Assembly (NCBI GenBank): GCA_001600695.1
Contig: BCKQ01000001.1
Coordinates: 8,423 to 72,422 of the forward strand
Reading direction: 5' to 3'
DNA: 64,000 bases
DNA from: Ascoidea asiatica JCM 7603
Lineage: Eukaryota; Fungi; Ascomycota
A model generated the notes under the pieces. The model did not search any database, was not told where the DNA came from, and saw only the letters and a list, made by a program, of their open reading frames with translations. This document shows positions 1 to 12,800 of the stretch, piece by piece. How positions within the stretch are numbered: position 1 is the stretch's first letter; each line of letters begins with the position of its first letter. The position numbers and the translations under genes are program-made.

Positions 1-1298
1 CAAACCTATATAAATATGTCTGTTTTTGTCTACATTTTTTTTTTTAATTTTATATAGTCTTGAAATTATCGACTTTTATATTTACTATTTTACATATATT
101 AATACATAATATTTATTATTAATATATTTATAATATTGACCTCATTTTTCATTATCGTTGGTAATTTTTAGACTAAAACAACTTAATTTATTCCATTATT
201 TCTCAAGAATCCCAACATATTCTAAGACAACTAGGTTTTGGGTAAAACTCTGTTTAACACTATTGGGCTAAAAATGTTTTTAAGTTGCCCTTTTTAAATA
301 CCTCCCCTTCTTATTCTAGTTACTATAATGTAACCGTTATAAGGTAGTGCATTGCTTCTGGAAGAAACCAGAATATTTCAAGACGCTAAATAATACTATC
401 ATCCTGATTTCGTTCTCAGTCCCAACTTTTATTTTAAACCTACTTTATGATACTTCACTATCCTAATAAAGTTAATCTTTACAGTCTTTTTTTGTTTGTA
501 CTCACAGCGCGCCCCGTTCTATGTCTTAAGTCAAGAAATTTTCTATTGTCCAATATCTTGCCAAACCTCACCGTGTAATGTCCAATTCCAGTAATATCTG
601 GGCATATCCAGAAGATTACTAGTGTTCGACTAGTATATATTCATGAGTCCTAGGAAATAGGAAAAAGCTTAGTATGACCCGTTATTGTTAAGAATGGGTC
701 AGTAATTTACGTTGGAACGCAAATTTGTTCTGACAGGTCCCCAGCTGTTCCCATAGTAGCAGAAAACGTAAACTGTCTAGAGTTTATAATAATAGAACTT
801 GAATTCTAGGTGAAATTTTCATGTATATATAGGCCACCATATACACTACTTTAGTGTCAAGTTGGCCATTTAATTCAAGTTTGTCATCAAATGACTTCCA
901 ATAGCTCGCGGGATTTCGTTTTTTGTCCTCCACTCTTTTTCTATAAATTTTGATCTTGCTATCTGAACATATCATTATGCATCCCTTTATATACAAGATT
1001 TCTCGGAGCTATATCCACATGTGCCTCCAGTAGAAATACGTGTATTTCCATGGAACCCCAGCTGGTAAGGTTAGTACCGCCGATTATTATGGTAATCATG
1101 ATATAGGTATCCGGACAGTGCAACTATCTATTGACGGATTTATAGTTCTAACTCGTACTGCTTTAAAAGCCATCACGGGACCTGCACCTGTAGCAGATAT
1201 CCTGACTACACTCAGGAAAGTTCTCCTGTGAATGGTAAGCAGAAATTCGATCAACAAACTGCTTTTAATATATATGTTCCTTAATAAATTTCATAACT

Positions 1299-1860
1299 TG
1301 ACATAATATATTAAAAAAATATTTGACGTAATTAATATATATAAAATAAATATATTTTTCTGTTAAGAAAGAAAAAGAAAAATATGAAGGAGATAAAGAA
1401 AAGAAAGCTATTTAAGTTAAATTAGCAAAGCTGGAACGAACTTTCAAAACAGCAGCAGATTGTAATCGAGCGCACAATTGCCAAAGTAGTTGAGCAAGTA
1501 CAAAGTTTTCAGACAGGTGAAAAGTTTTCAATGAAGTGAAAATTTTTCATGGGAGGAAACACAAAAAGCATTTACATCCCCGTGCCACCCAGGTGACCAC
1601 GGAAACATGTGACTTGAGAAAAACCAATCAACGCAAATAATTAGAACGGTCACAGTAGAGCCCTGGCACATGATAAATATTAGGGTTCGCAAACAGTAAA
1701 GGAAAGAGAAAAAGAGAGAACAAGTAATTGTGTGATAACAGTCTTAAGTAAAACAGAACTAATTGAAGTAGAAAGCAAAGGTAAACGGAAGCGAGTAATT
1801 GATGAAATAGATTAATAACTGATTATGACCCACCAAATGAGGGAGAATCTCTGATGATCA
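1299..1860 (-). repeat. Left inverted LTR-like arm
   Basis: Reverse complement of ~5494-6062, roughly 85-90% identical by eye, with a ~60-bp perfect run (acctgggtggcacggggatgtaaatgc...cacttca). Confidence 0.9.
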
Positions 1861-4800
1861 AAGACCCACTTAATACTGGTTTATCAATCTTGCAAATTCA
1901 AGAAGAAGTCAATCTAGTAGATTCCTCTTCCAATGCAAACTTTGTCTTGGATACTGGTGCTTCAACTCATGTTGTCAACTCAATGGAGTTTCTTGCAGAC
2001 CAAAGAGAATCAAACACTTTGGTGAAAGGGATCAATGGACGCGAGATATGCAAAACTGAAGGTACTGTTAAAATTGGATGTCTTCAACTCAATGATGTGA
2101 AGTTGTTACCCAATGCTGCTAGAAATATCATTTCCATGGGAAAGCTATCAGAAAGCGGTTACAAAATTGAAATTAAGGACAAATTGGGTTCAATTTATCA
2201 TCAAGGGAAGCTTATATTTGAAACAGTTATGTAAAACTATTTGTGGCATTTGGACCCCAATGATGTTTGTACTGAAATGGTGTTTAATGCTGATACTTCT
2301 ACAACTACTGATTCAGGTGCTCAAACTGCCGTTTGCGATGAAATTCTTCAATTTCTCTAAAACAATGGACATTGCTCATTTAACCAATTCAAGTCGTTAA
2401 AACAATCTGCTTAAGTCAAATACCTCGATAATGACATTCATGCTGCTTTGAAGAGATGTGAAGCTTGTGTTTCAATTGTACCTAAAAGTACAATTAGAAA
2501 GACAAAAGAAGCTAAACACTTGGTTACTGGTGAATATATCGTTGCTGATCTAATTGGTCCCATTAACAACTCTTATGGGTTGATTGTAACTGAAGCTAAT
2601 GCGCACTTTGTTGTTGCTCATGTTCTTACTTCTAAGTCTCAAGCTACTGACAACTAATTGAATCTCTCAGGATTTTCGAGAAGCTGCTTTCCTTGACCAA
2701 CAAATCACTTTGTTTTGTGAAAACTGATAATGAGTTCAAAACAAATGCATTCAAAGCATTTTGTTCTGCAAATGGTATTATTCATGACGCGACTGCTCCT
2801 TATTCATCTTATCAGAATGGAAAGTCTGAAAACATGAATCGTCAAATACAACACAAGTTCAAACAGTTGCTTGCCGATTCTAATATTCCTGATACTTATT
2901 GGAATTTTGGTTTCCATCATGCTGATTTTTTTCACAATTACTTGCCCTTGAATTTAAATGGACAATCTCCTTGGGAGATGCTCAGAGAAATCAAGAAAAC
3001 TGCTACTGTTACTGCTCCCTTTGGATGTCATATCTATGGCTTTAATCATAGTGTTAGGCAACAGGGTTTCAAGAAAGACGTTTCTGGAACGTTCTTTGGC
3101 TTCAATAAAACTAATAAGATTGCTTTTATTCTAAAAAATGGAACCGGTGAAATAGTCAGATCCAGTTCATTTAGGTGCTTAACTGATGTTTATCCATTCA
3201 AGTTAAACAATCATGTTGTTGTTACTGACACTGATGTCCAACCGATTTCTTTTGGTGGTTCTTCTGCCTCTTTCTCAGCTGCTTCTAATAAAGATTTTAA
3301 CACTTCTGCCACTGAAAATACTGTTGAAGTTAGACCTTCTAGTAATGATGCTGCTGACATTAATATGAATGATAACAATGAAAGTCAACAAAGTCAAGAA
3401 GATACTCAAGATGTTTCTCTTGATGAGACTAGTGCTCCACCTGAAATGCAGGAGGATTGCTTAAATGACACATCGAATTGCAGTATTTCAAGTGATTCAC
3501 TTCAATCGGCTGTTGAATCAACTACTCCTTCTATTATCAAATCAACTCCATCTTTAATTTCCAATTCTGGTGTTATTACTCCCCCCAGAAGAATTAGGTT
3601 TCGGGTTGCAAAAGCTTGTAATCGAGTTTACAACATGAAACTAAGACCCAAAAGACATGTTTCGTTGCAAATGAAAAATAACCTCAATTTGCTTTCAAAC
3701 AGCAGTAATAATTCAAATCCTGTTTATTCAACTCCCTGATGAAGATGCATCTGATCACGAAGCTTATTCTCAAAAAGCTATCGAAGGTCCAAAAGATGTT
3801 GTTTCTATGTCTGAAAACACCTCTGATAATGAAATCAATCTTCTTGTTTCCAAATCAAAATACAAGATTCCTAACTACTTTTCAGAAGTGTTACAATCAC
3901 CTGCAAAGAACAAATGGTTAGAAAGCATTGAGAATGAGATGAACTCCAGTCGTTGTAACAATGTGTATGATTTAGTGAAAAAGAATGTTGTTGATGAAGC
4001 TATCATCAAAAACAGATGGGTTTTCAATGTTAAACAAGAAACAGATAACTCAAAACGGTTTAAAGTTAGATTAGTTGCGAAAGATTATTTGCAACAACTT
4101 GGTGAAAACTACATCGATATCTATGCTCCAGTGATGAAGTTTGATACTTTGAGATTGATCTTGCCCTAGCTGCAATTAAAGGTTATTCTTTGTGCCAAAT
4201 GGATGCTAAAACTGCTTTTCTCAATGGAAAGATAGATTATCCAGTTTTCTTTCAACCTCCTCCAGGAACTGGTACTCCTTCAGAATATGTCTGGAAACTC
4301 AAGAAAGGACTCTATGGAGTAAAACACGCTCCTCACATCTGGTTTAATACAATTAGAAAGGTGGTAATGAAAAGTGGTGATTTTGAACAAAGTGTGCTAG
4401 ATCCTTGTTTGTTTTACAACAAAAGCTGTTACATCTCAAACTACGTTGATGATATTCTCATTGCAGGTGATACTTCGTCTGATATTAAAGTTGGAAAAGA
4501 TTTACTCAATGATGCTTTTGTGATGAAAGATATGGGTTCTCCTGCTGTGTTCCTTGGAATTAACATCAATAAATTTCAAATGGATACTCCAACTCGCTAA
4601 ATGACTTTATAACCAAAATCGAAAATGATTTTGAAGTTAAACAGCTCAAAGAGCTCAGAACTCCATTAGCTAAAGGTTTTGAACCATCTGATTCTACTTC
4701 AAAATTTCTAACTGAAGAAGAACATTCAAAATACAGATCAGTCATTCGAACTCTCTTATTCAAGGCTAACACTGTTAGACCTGATATCTCATTTGCTACT

Positions 4801-5455
4801 TCAATGGTAAGTCGATATCTGGTTACTCCCAGAAAATCTCATTTGAGTGCTGCATTCAGGATATTGCAGTATGTTGTTCGAACTAAGAACTTCTCTTTAA
4901 CTTATGTTACAGATCAGAACCTCATCAAATATGCTGATTTCCGTTACATGGATAAAAGTGACAATGCTAAGATTCAAGACTATCCTAAACAAACAGCTTG
5001 AAAATTAACTGTTGTTAGTGATTCTGACTTTGCAAGCGATAAAGAAACTAGACACAGCCAAAGTGGCTATTTCACATTATTGAATGGAAATATCATTTCA
5101 TGGTCTTCTAGAAAACAATCGTTGATTGCTCTCTCGTCAACTGAAGCTGAATATATTGGACTTACTGAAGCGATGAAAAGTGGATTGTACTTCAAGAATG
5201 TTTTAGCTGAAATCAAATGCCACTGTTCCTTTATCAACCTTCTTGGTGATAATTTCTCTTCTTTAACTCTTGCTGCTCATTTTTATATTCACAACAAGTC
5301 TGTGCACGTTGATATCAAATATTATTTCATTAGACATAATGTTACAAGTTGATAAAACTTAACTATGTAAACCCTAAGATGAATATTGCAGACATGCTTA
5401 CCACGCTCGTTGATACAACTACATTTCAAAGCTTGGTTCAATCTGTTTTTCATTA
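1854..5455 (+). pseudogene. Copia pol polyprotein (protease, integrase, reverse transcriptase, RNase H), with frameshifts and stops
   Basis: Protease LDTGAS. Integrase CEAC, ADLIGP, KTDNEF, QNGKSE. RT RWVF..K..RFKVRLVAK, MDAKTAFLNG, LYGVKHAP, YVDDILI. RNaseH SDSDFA, SSTEAEY, NIADMLT. Confidence 0.92.
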
Positions 5456-5493
5456 ATCAATTTCAATTATCAATACTTTTACAATTATCAAAA

Positions 5494-6062
5494 GATCATG
5501 TTATTCTCTTTTGAAGGGGACTAATAAATTATTGATCTACTTTATCAATTACTTGCTTCAGTTTACCTTTGCTTTCTACTTCAATTACTTCTGTTTTACT
5601 TAAGACTGTTAACACTCAATTACTTGTTTTCTGTTTTTCTCTTTCTTTTACTTTCTGCTAAGCCTAATATTTATCGTGTGCCAGGGCTCCACTGTGACCG
5701 TCCTAATTATTTGCATTGTTTGGTTTTTCTCGGATCACATGTTTGCGTGGTTACCTGGGTGGCACGGGGATGTAAATGCTTTTTGTGTTTCCTCCCATGA
5801 AAAATTTTCACTTCAATAAAAACTTTTCACCTGTCTGAAAACTTTGCAATTCCTCAAGTATGATCACATATGTTTGCTCTATTGCAATCTGCTGCTGTTT
5901 TGCAAATTTCTTTCCAGCGTTTCCAATTTAGCATAAATAGCTTTCTTTTACTGTTTTATTTTCTTTATCTCTTTTATATTTTTCTTTTTCCTTCTTTACA
6001 GAAAAATATTTTTATTTTATAAATATTAATAACCACAATTATTTATCTAATATATTTTTACA
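5494..6062 (+). repeat. 3' LTR / right inverted arm, with a PPT (GAAGGGGA, 5513-5520) at its inner end
   Basis: Follows RNase H, has a polypurine tract at its inner end and ends ...TTTTACA. Inverted copy at 1299-1860. Confidence 0.9.
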
Positions 6063-6264
6063 AGCTAAAAATTTTATTACCTAGTCCTGGAATAAATGCT
6101 AATATTACGACCAAGAGCATCCTATATAACCCTACGATCTGATGGTACAATAATCCACACGTCTCACTGGGTGAGCATCTGATCTCATAAAGTTTCCATG
6201 CAACTCGGAAATGTAAATCAGATCTCAAAAAGTATTTTTTGATGTTCATATGGTCACTTATAGA

Positions 6265-7647
6265 CAGTCCCTTCCAAAAATTTGAACCCATTTTGATTTT
6301 AAAGACGGGTTTTATTTTATTTTTTTTTTTTTATTTTCAATTCTAGGCTTTGGAAACAATTAATAAATGCCAAATTTGATTAAATTATATAAAAATAGAG
6401 ATCGAAATCTGTAGAATATGAATATGTAAAAAAAATAATAAAAAAGATACGAATAAAAAAATATTTCCTAGCAGGGAATGGAGCCTCCTTTTTGCTGCAA
6501 GACCGTTTTCAGTCTTCTGGGCATAGAACAAATTAGGTTCTCCACGACACTATTCGGAATCTTTTCCCAGCAGTGTTTAATTGCCTCTCGACGATTTGGC
6601 TGGCGAGCTTTGCGGGGTTTTAGAGAGGAGTGAAGGTAAGGAAATTCCTTTACCAGATTGCCCTTCAAAATTGACCACACATTTTCAATCGGATTGAGGT
6701 CTGTTAAGTTTGCGGGCCACTCCAACACCAACAACACTTTGGAATTAAATAATTCTTTTGATTAGGACGTATGTATCGGGGAATTAACCTGGCAATTGAT
6801 CACGTGATCGATACTTTCCAAACTTGAATTAATGTAAGGAAAAAGATTGTCTTGTAAGCAATTCTGATGGGCAAGGGAATCGGTAGACCTTCCCTGCTCG
6901 AATTGATGTAATTCTCCCAAACTTTTCAAGGAGAAGACGCCCCACATCATCTGCATTACCCTCTTTTGGGCTCAAATGTTTCAGAATATGTGGCAGAGGT
7001 TTTTTTCTTCTTTTAATATGAACCCAGACCTTTGCCCTGAGCAACAGGTACGACTGATGGAACTTTCATCGGACCAAACCACCGTTCCCGGATTCTCAGG
7101 GGTCCAATTTTGATCTTTCCTAGCAAACAGCATCTACCCTTTCTGCTGAGCATCATTTAAGAAGGGTTTGTCTCCTTCTTTTATCTTAAAAAGTCTCATT
7201 TCTTGAAAAACTTTTCTGTTTGTATTCAATCAGGGCCCGGTAGTTCACCCCAGGAAATGCTTCTTTTTGCCAAAACATCTCGCTTTAGAACCCTGTACTC
7301 ACGATCTGTTATCAACTTGGGTCTTCCTCTAATTTTAGGACGTGTAACTTGCAGTTTATGTCTTTTAATAATTGTTTTACCCGATTCAACTTTGATCAGA
7401 AGCTTATGGGCAATGTAAGAGGGCTATTTATTCTCCTCATAGTAAAGGACAATAAGAATTCCTTTTCCTACTTTATCTATATTTTTAGATTTCGTACACA
7501 TTGCTGATTAAGATAAACTACTTTTTATGATGTTTATGAACTATATACACTACATACTGGATCCTTTAATAATTATTTTATACTGTTATTTCAAGAATTT
7601 TAACAACCCCGATTTTAAAACGGGTTCAAATTTGTTGGAAGGCACTG
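6265..7647 (-). mobile_element. Tc1/mariner (IS630-Tc1) DNA transposon, decayed
   Basis: ~28-bp TIRs: CAGTCCCTTCCAAAAATTTGAACCC and rc CAGTGCCTTCCAACAAATTTGAACCC. TA on the right flank, GA on the left. Transposase motifs WSDES, MMWGVFS, QVNSPIH, WPANLTDLNPIENVW. Confidence 0.9.
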
Positions 7648-7856
7648 TATAATCCGTTTCCCAAAACAAAGCAGTTCAGAAATTGAAGCTATTAAATGCC
7701 TAATAATTTGAAATAGTTGTGGTATCAGATTTATTGGCTGTGATGAAATAACCCTCCATGGCCAATTAAATTGGAATTGTCAATCAAAAGGAAACAAAAG
7801 AAAATTAAAACAATGCTTTTGATCATTCGAACAATAAAAATATAAATATAGATATA

Positions 7857-9242
7857 CAGTCAAAGTGGATAAATTTCCTTTCGTTTTGAAACTGCGGGAA
7901 ATGTTTTGTTAAATTTGTAAAATAAAATAAAACTATTCTATTGAATTATATAAACTATTTAGTAAATAAATGAATAAAATTCGATTCCAAAGTAAAATAC
8001 GATGAATCAGAAATCTCACAATACCAGTAAAGTGGTGAAGCTGATTTCTCTTCATCTTTATTTTGAAGAAAATAAGAAACGTAGGTATATTGCCGATAAA
8101 TTACAGACCAAGCTTCCTAAAGATCATAATTTAGAGGTATAAGAACGCTCCAGAGGCCCAAAAGATAAGAGGAAGTTCAGAAAAATTGACGCCTCATGAC
8201 TGTAGAACATTGAAAAGAGAACTTCTTACAAATTGTGGTCTTTTCTGGAGGGATGTAACAGGTGAGGGATGTCTAAATACAACAAAAGGCCATTTTAAAA
8301 ATGGGAATAAAAAAAGTAAAAAAAATATCAAAACCCTTTTTGGGTGATGCTCACAGAAAAGCCACAGTCGCTTCTGCTAAAAAGTATTAGGAAATGGCTC
8401 TTGAAGATGGGGGATAGCTGATTTTCTCAGATGAAAGTTCAATAAGCAGTGTGGGGGGCTGAGGACCGGATTATGGTTTCGTTTTAATGGGTGCAACAGA
8501 CCTAAAACATCGGGTTAAAGAGGTACGCGTTCAGAGGGAGGGGAGGGTACCCCTGATGGTTTGGTATGTTTTTGAACTAAAGGATTGGCAGAATTACATC
8601 AATTTCAAGCTCGTAGAGCTGCGAATTCCATTTCGTATCAAAATTGTTTAGAGAAAAACCTTTTTCCTTATATTTCGGCCAATTTTGCTAATAATAAGCG
8701 GGTGATTTTGTGGCAGGTTAATTCCCCAATTCACAAATCGAAATCGACCAAAGAATATTTCAATTTGAAGGGTTTGAGGGTGCTTATCTGGTCAACCAAT
8801 TCCCGAGATCTCAACCCGCTTGAAATTCTTTGGGCCAGTTAGGGTAAAACTTTCCAGGCAGTACCAAAAGCTCCACAGGTCCATTCAATCAAATAACTTA
8901 ACCACACAAGGGCTTGAAAAGGCCATTAATCAAGGCTGGAAAGCAATTTTCAAAAATTCAATCCCAAACATTATTCATTCTATGACTAAAAATTACAAAT
9001 GGTTTTCGATCCCAAAGGAAGGTCCATTCCGTATTAGGAAATTTTTGTAAATTTCTTTAATTTTTTTTACGTTTTTTTACTGATTATACTCTTCGTTTCT
9101 TTCCCAAGGTTTAAATGTTTTTTATTTTCAATTTCAAAAGATTATTTATTGAAAAAAATCGATTTAAAAAAAAGTCAAAGTCAATATATTTGAAATCCGC
9201 TGTTTAAAATTCAAACGGATTCAAATTTATTGAATTTGACTG
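7857..9242 (+). mobile_element. Tc1/mariner DNA transposon, decayed (second copy, opposite orientation)
   Basis: TA|CAGTCAAAGTGGATAAATTT ... AAATTTATTGAATTTGACTG|TA. Motifs FSDES, MVW, QVNSPIH, WSTNSRDLNPLEILW. Length 1386 bp versus 1383 bp for the first copy. Confidence 0.9.
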
Positions 9243-9899
9243 TATATCTGAACAAATAATTCAAATCATTAATACCGACGGGTGCAAATAAACTTGACAG
9301 GATAAAATGTCAAGATAATCTTTAGATTCAAGAGACAACTATGGTAATTCCTGAATCCATAACCGTCTAAATTTTGGGAACATTTTATTACGGAATCAAA
9401 AACATTTGCATTTAAAAAATGTACGGCTTTTAACTTTAAAAGTCGTAGAGAAACCTCGAAGTCATCTGCATCTCTATCACAAATTTCTACTGTAGCTTTA
9501 CAAGATTCCATATATGATCCGATTTTGTACTTTCTTGAGATAAGAGAAGCAAGAACTAAGACCCTTTTTTCATGACGAGCATCATCAAGGGTGGTCTATT
9601 TACCAGCCATCGCATTTAGCACCGGAAGTAGGTGGGTAAAATCATGTTTAGTGTAACTAATTTGAAGGTTTATCGGCAACCCGGTTGATGTCTTAGATTC
9701 TCGTCAAATGGTTTGTAATATCCAAACAACGGGAGGTTTTGAAGCTCCGTTGATCTTCTGCAATTAAAATCTATGGCTATAATCTGTTGATATTCTAACT
9801 GTTAGTTATGTTGCGACCCCAAATCTCATATTATATACAACCTGTATGATACTATATGACGTAACTTTTTTGATGTTAAGAACTTTTAGAAGCACAAAT

Positions 9900-12800
9900 A
9901 GATAATAATATACTTTTGATTTTGAGCAAAGTATTTGTCTTTTTGTTTAATTTTCAATTTTTTATAACAGAGATAAATCAGTGTGACATAGAAATAGGAA
10001 ACTGGCGGGTTTTGAGTTTGTGTAATACCATACCTGTTAGAACATTGCTAACATCCAAAGTTAATAAATCACATGTCAGCAATCCAACGCTAACGAAATT
10101 AGACATTTTTTATACAGAACAACGACGACGGTATAAAGATGTGGGCTGGTGTGTTTACCGGAATAATATAAAGCGGTTTTCTACCATGCGTGTAAAGAAA
10201 TTCGGGACTATTATTGGACGCAGTTCCATCCCGTGTAAGCTGATTCATTGTTAACTATTGATTTCACAACCAGGGACCAATTCAGCGGGCATTGCCAATG
10301 CTTTTCGATATTGTTTTATTAACTGATTTAATCCTCTATTGTAACCTGTTAAAAGCAAACCTTAGAACAGGAAGATTAATTCATAATATAGCGGTTTCAG
10401 GCACTACAAACATTCCAACAACTATTAACCTTAGTTCTTATTGCGGTTTACATAGTTTGCTGCAGCCGATTGGTTCTCTTACTGAGCTAGAATATATATT
10501 CCCGACGCGTGTCATAATTAAATACGGCAGATCAAACATGAATCTAGTTTGAAAAAGGCCAACAAATCGAAGTTAGTTTTGATTGTCAAAGAGAATAATA
10601 GATATAACATTTAGTGTTGTTAAGTTAACTATATAATATTTATAATAGACAAGCCTAAGAGAATGATACCTGCATCCTGAACATTCCATAAATGCTCAAT
10701 TATTCAACAAAATGATTGTATTGCTTCCCTGTTTTGTCAAGTTCCAAGTCCGGCAGCGCGGTGGATTCTTCGGCCAATGAATGGCTGTTACAACCCTTCT
10801 TTAAACTGCAATTAATTTAATAGCTGCATCAGAGTCTAATCACTGACGGGCAACCCTCCTGATAATTGCAACTGGTTCATTCAGTCGTGTTTGATTTTCG
10901 AGCACCTAAAAGAGAGATTCAAGGATGTTAGCTGGGATTGTAACAAAACGTACAACTACCAGCCCTATTACCCGCTAACACCGTCTCATCATGCGTTAGT
11001 AGAGCATTATGGGGGTTATATAGCAACTAATATTTGCGACCCCTTTTTCTTCTCAAGTGTTACAGAAAAATTCATTATGTGAACAGCTGTCTAAGAAGAG
11101 GAGAAGGTAAAATAAATTCTTTGAAAGTTAGCAAGCTTTTTTTTTTTAAATATCTCAATAAATATAATTTTCTTTTTTATTAGTTGATATAGATCATCTT
11201 CTTTTAAAATCTCACACAAATATAGAGATTTAATGTCTGAATAAGGATCTAGCACCGTGTGGTAAGTATCGGCTTAAAGCAACCGAAAGACAAAACCTCT
11301 CTGCGTAGTAGACCTTTTTAGGAATCAGTCGGCCATGAACGCCAGTAGACCTGTGAATACGGTGCCGAGCTATGGTTCTCCTATATAAGCATTTCGAAGG
11401 AACGTCATGGTATATCATCTTGCAGAATACTTAGCATGCTTGAGTAAAATTAGAATTGAGCCGCTCATAGATAAGGTTAATTTGTTTAACGCTTAAGCGA
11501 CAATATGTCAGTCCTATAAGTAAATTAGGACAGTCTGTGTGTTAAATTGCGGAATAGAATTTTCGAGACAACTAGAATTTTCAATAGCAAAGTGTGATGA
11601 GAGGTCAACTTTAGATATTGAGGAGAGCAACCAATAAGATACTAATCCCTGAGTACTATTTTGTGGCTCAATAACAGCACTAGTAAAACGATGACCATTA
11701 TAATCTTTTAAAACCAAGATTGTAAGTGTCTTTTTATACCTCATCTTACCGGGAGTGCTTTGCATTAAGACGAATTTCCTAAGCTTCATTTTTTGCAGAG
11801 AGTGATGTATTCTAAAAACATAGCTTTCTTGGATCTAGCTCTGATGTGTGGATTTGGTTAAACCTTCCATAGGTTTTTGATTGTGAGTATTTGAATCTGA
11901 AACCCTATTAAACCCGGAGGAGGTTTAACTATCCTTCACCACGACAGAGGTATTTATTATTTAACCTCAGGTGAAACACGCGTCACCCAAGGAGTTGTAA
12001 ATCCTTCCCGAGAGAACTGGCAGCTATGTTTTTACTTCAATTTCTGAATAAGATATTGAACCTTCCTTTTCTAGAATGTGCCGATAAACGTACAGCAATG
12101 TTTGAGATAGCTGTTTTTATTTGGTGGACTGCGTTTTTCGGTTTATTTTTAACCGCCCTTAAATCATTAAATTTTACTGCGAATTTGGAAGCCAAGTTGA
12201 AAGATATTTCGTTATCCGAGCACTTAAATTGTGTTTTACTTCAATTGGAAAGTTTTCCTTTGTATCCACCTTCAAAAGGGCCCCTTTAGTAGAAAGATTA
12301 TTTTGAACAACCAGACATGGCTGTTAAATATAGAAGGCCACACGTTTTATGGTTTCCATACAATAGATGTTCTTGTCTAATCGTTCTTTTAAATGAAAAA
12401 CCAAATTTCGATTCGCCGCAACAATTGTAAGGAACCGCCTAAGACCTTGCCCATAAATACAAATCTTCCAATATAGTTCTTTTAGATTGCTTACTTAACT
12501 AATTAAATAACAACAATGAAGAGTTAATCAAGTACCAATTCTGAACTAGAAGGGTAGTTTAAATAGTATATGAGAATTTCGGTGAAGAATTTAATTCCAC
12601 AAATCTCTATAACAAATATTGAGATTCGGCTATTCAAGAAAAATAAAGTTCCTCTTTTTTGCGCTTACTCAGCTTCTATAGGTGTTTCTGAGTCTTTATG
12701 AAAACACTGGCTACTTTCAAACGTTTGGCAGCTAAGTTTTATTTTCACCGAAAGAATTGAACTTTTAACCATGAAGACAATAAGAACCCAACCATTACTT

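Larger units (their letters stand above)
1299..6062 (+). mobile_element. Ty1/copia pol without gag, flanked by long inverted repeats
   Basis: Starts TG (1299) and ends CA (6062). Arms 1299-~1860 and ~5494-6062 are reverse complements. The interior is copia-order pol. Confidence 0.85.
1..9850 (-). mobile_element. Degenerate Ty3/gypsy retrotransposon (RT-RNaseH-integrase, PPT, 3' LTR), split by later insertions
   Basis: Minus-strand remnants in gypsy order. RT-like: ~9270-9760 (SKPPVVWI, HDFTHLLP, AVHFL, GFRNYH). RNaseH-like: 7650-7856 and 6063-6264 (FIPGLGNK). Integrase HHCC-like YFYWRHMW..YIKGCIMIC at ~970-1050 and SYWKSF..NGQ at ~860-910. Polypurine tract AAGAAGGGGAGG at 301-312, then a presumed LTR toward base 1. 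Outer limits approximate. Confidence 0.6.

Noticed and set aside
300-1298. Inverted gag of the copia element, with AGTTATGA as a Ty5-type PBS
   Set aside because: The minus-strand translation looks like gypsy integrase followed by a PPT, not gag, and the PBS match is poor.
1282-6079. Alternative element ends 17 bp further out, with a 3-bp CCT duplication
   Set aside because: The extension is AT-rich, lacks TG/CA termini and overlaps the gypsy PG..N motif. Probably chance, though not fully excluded.
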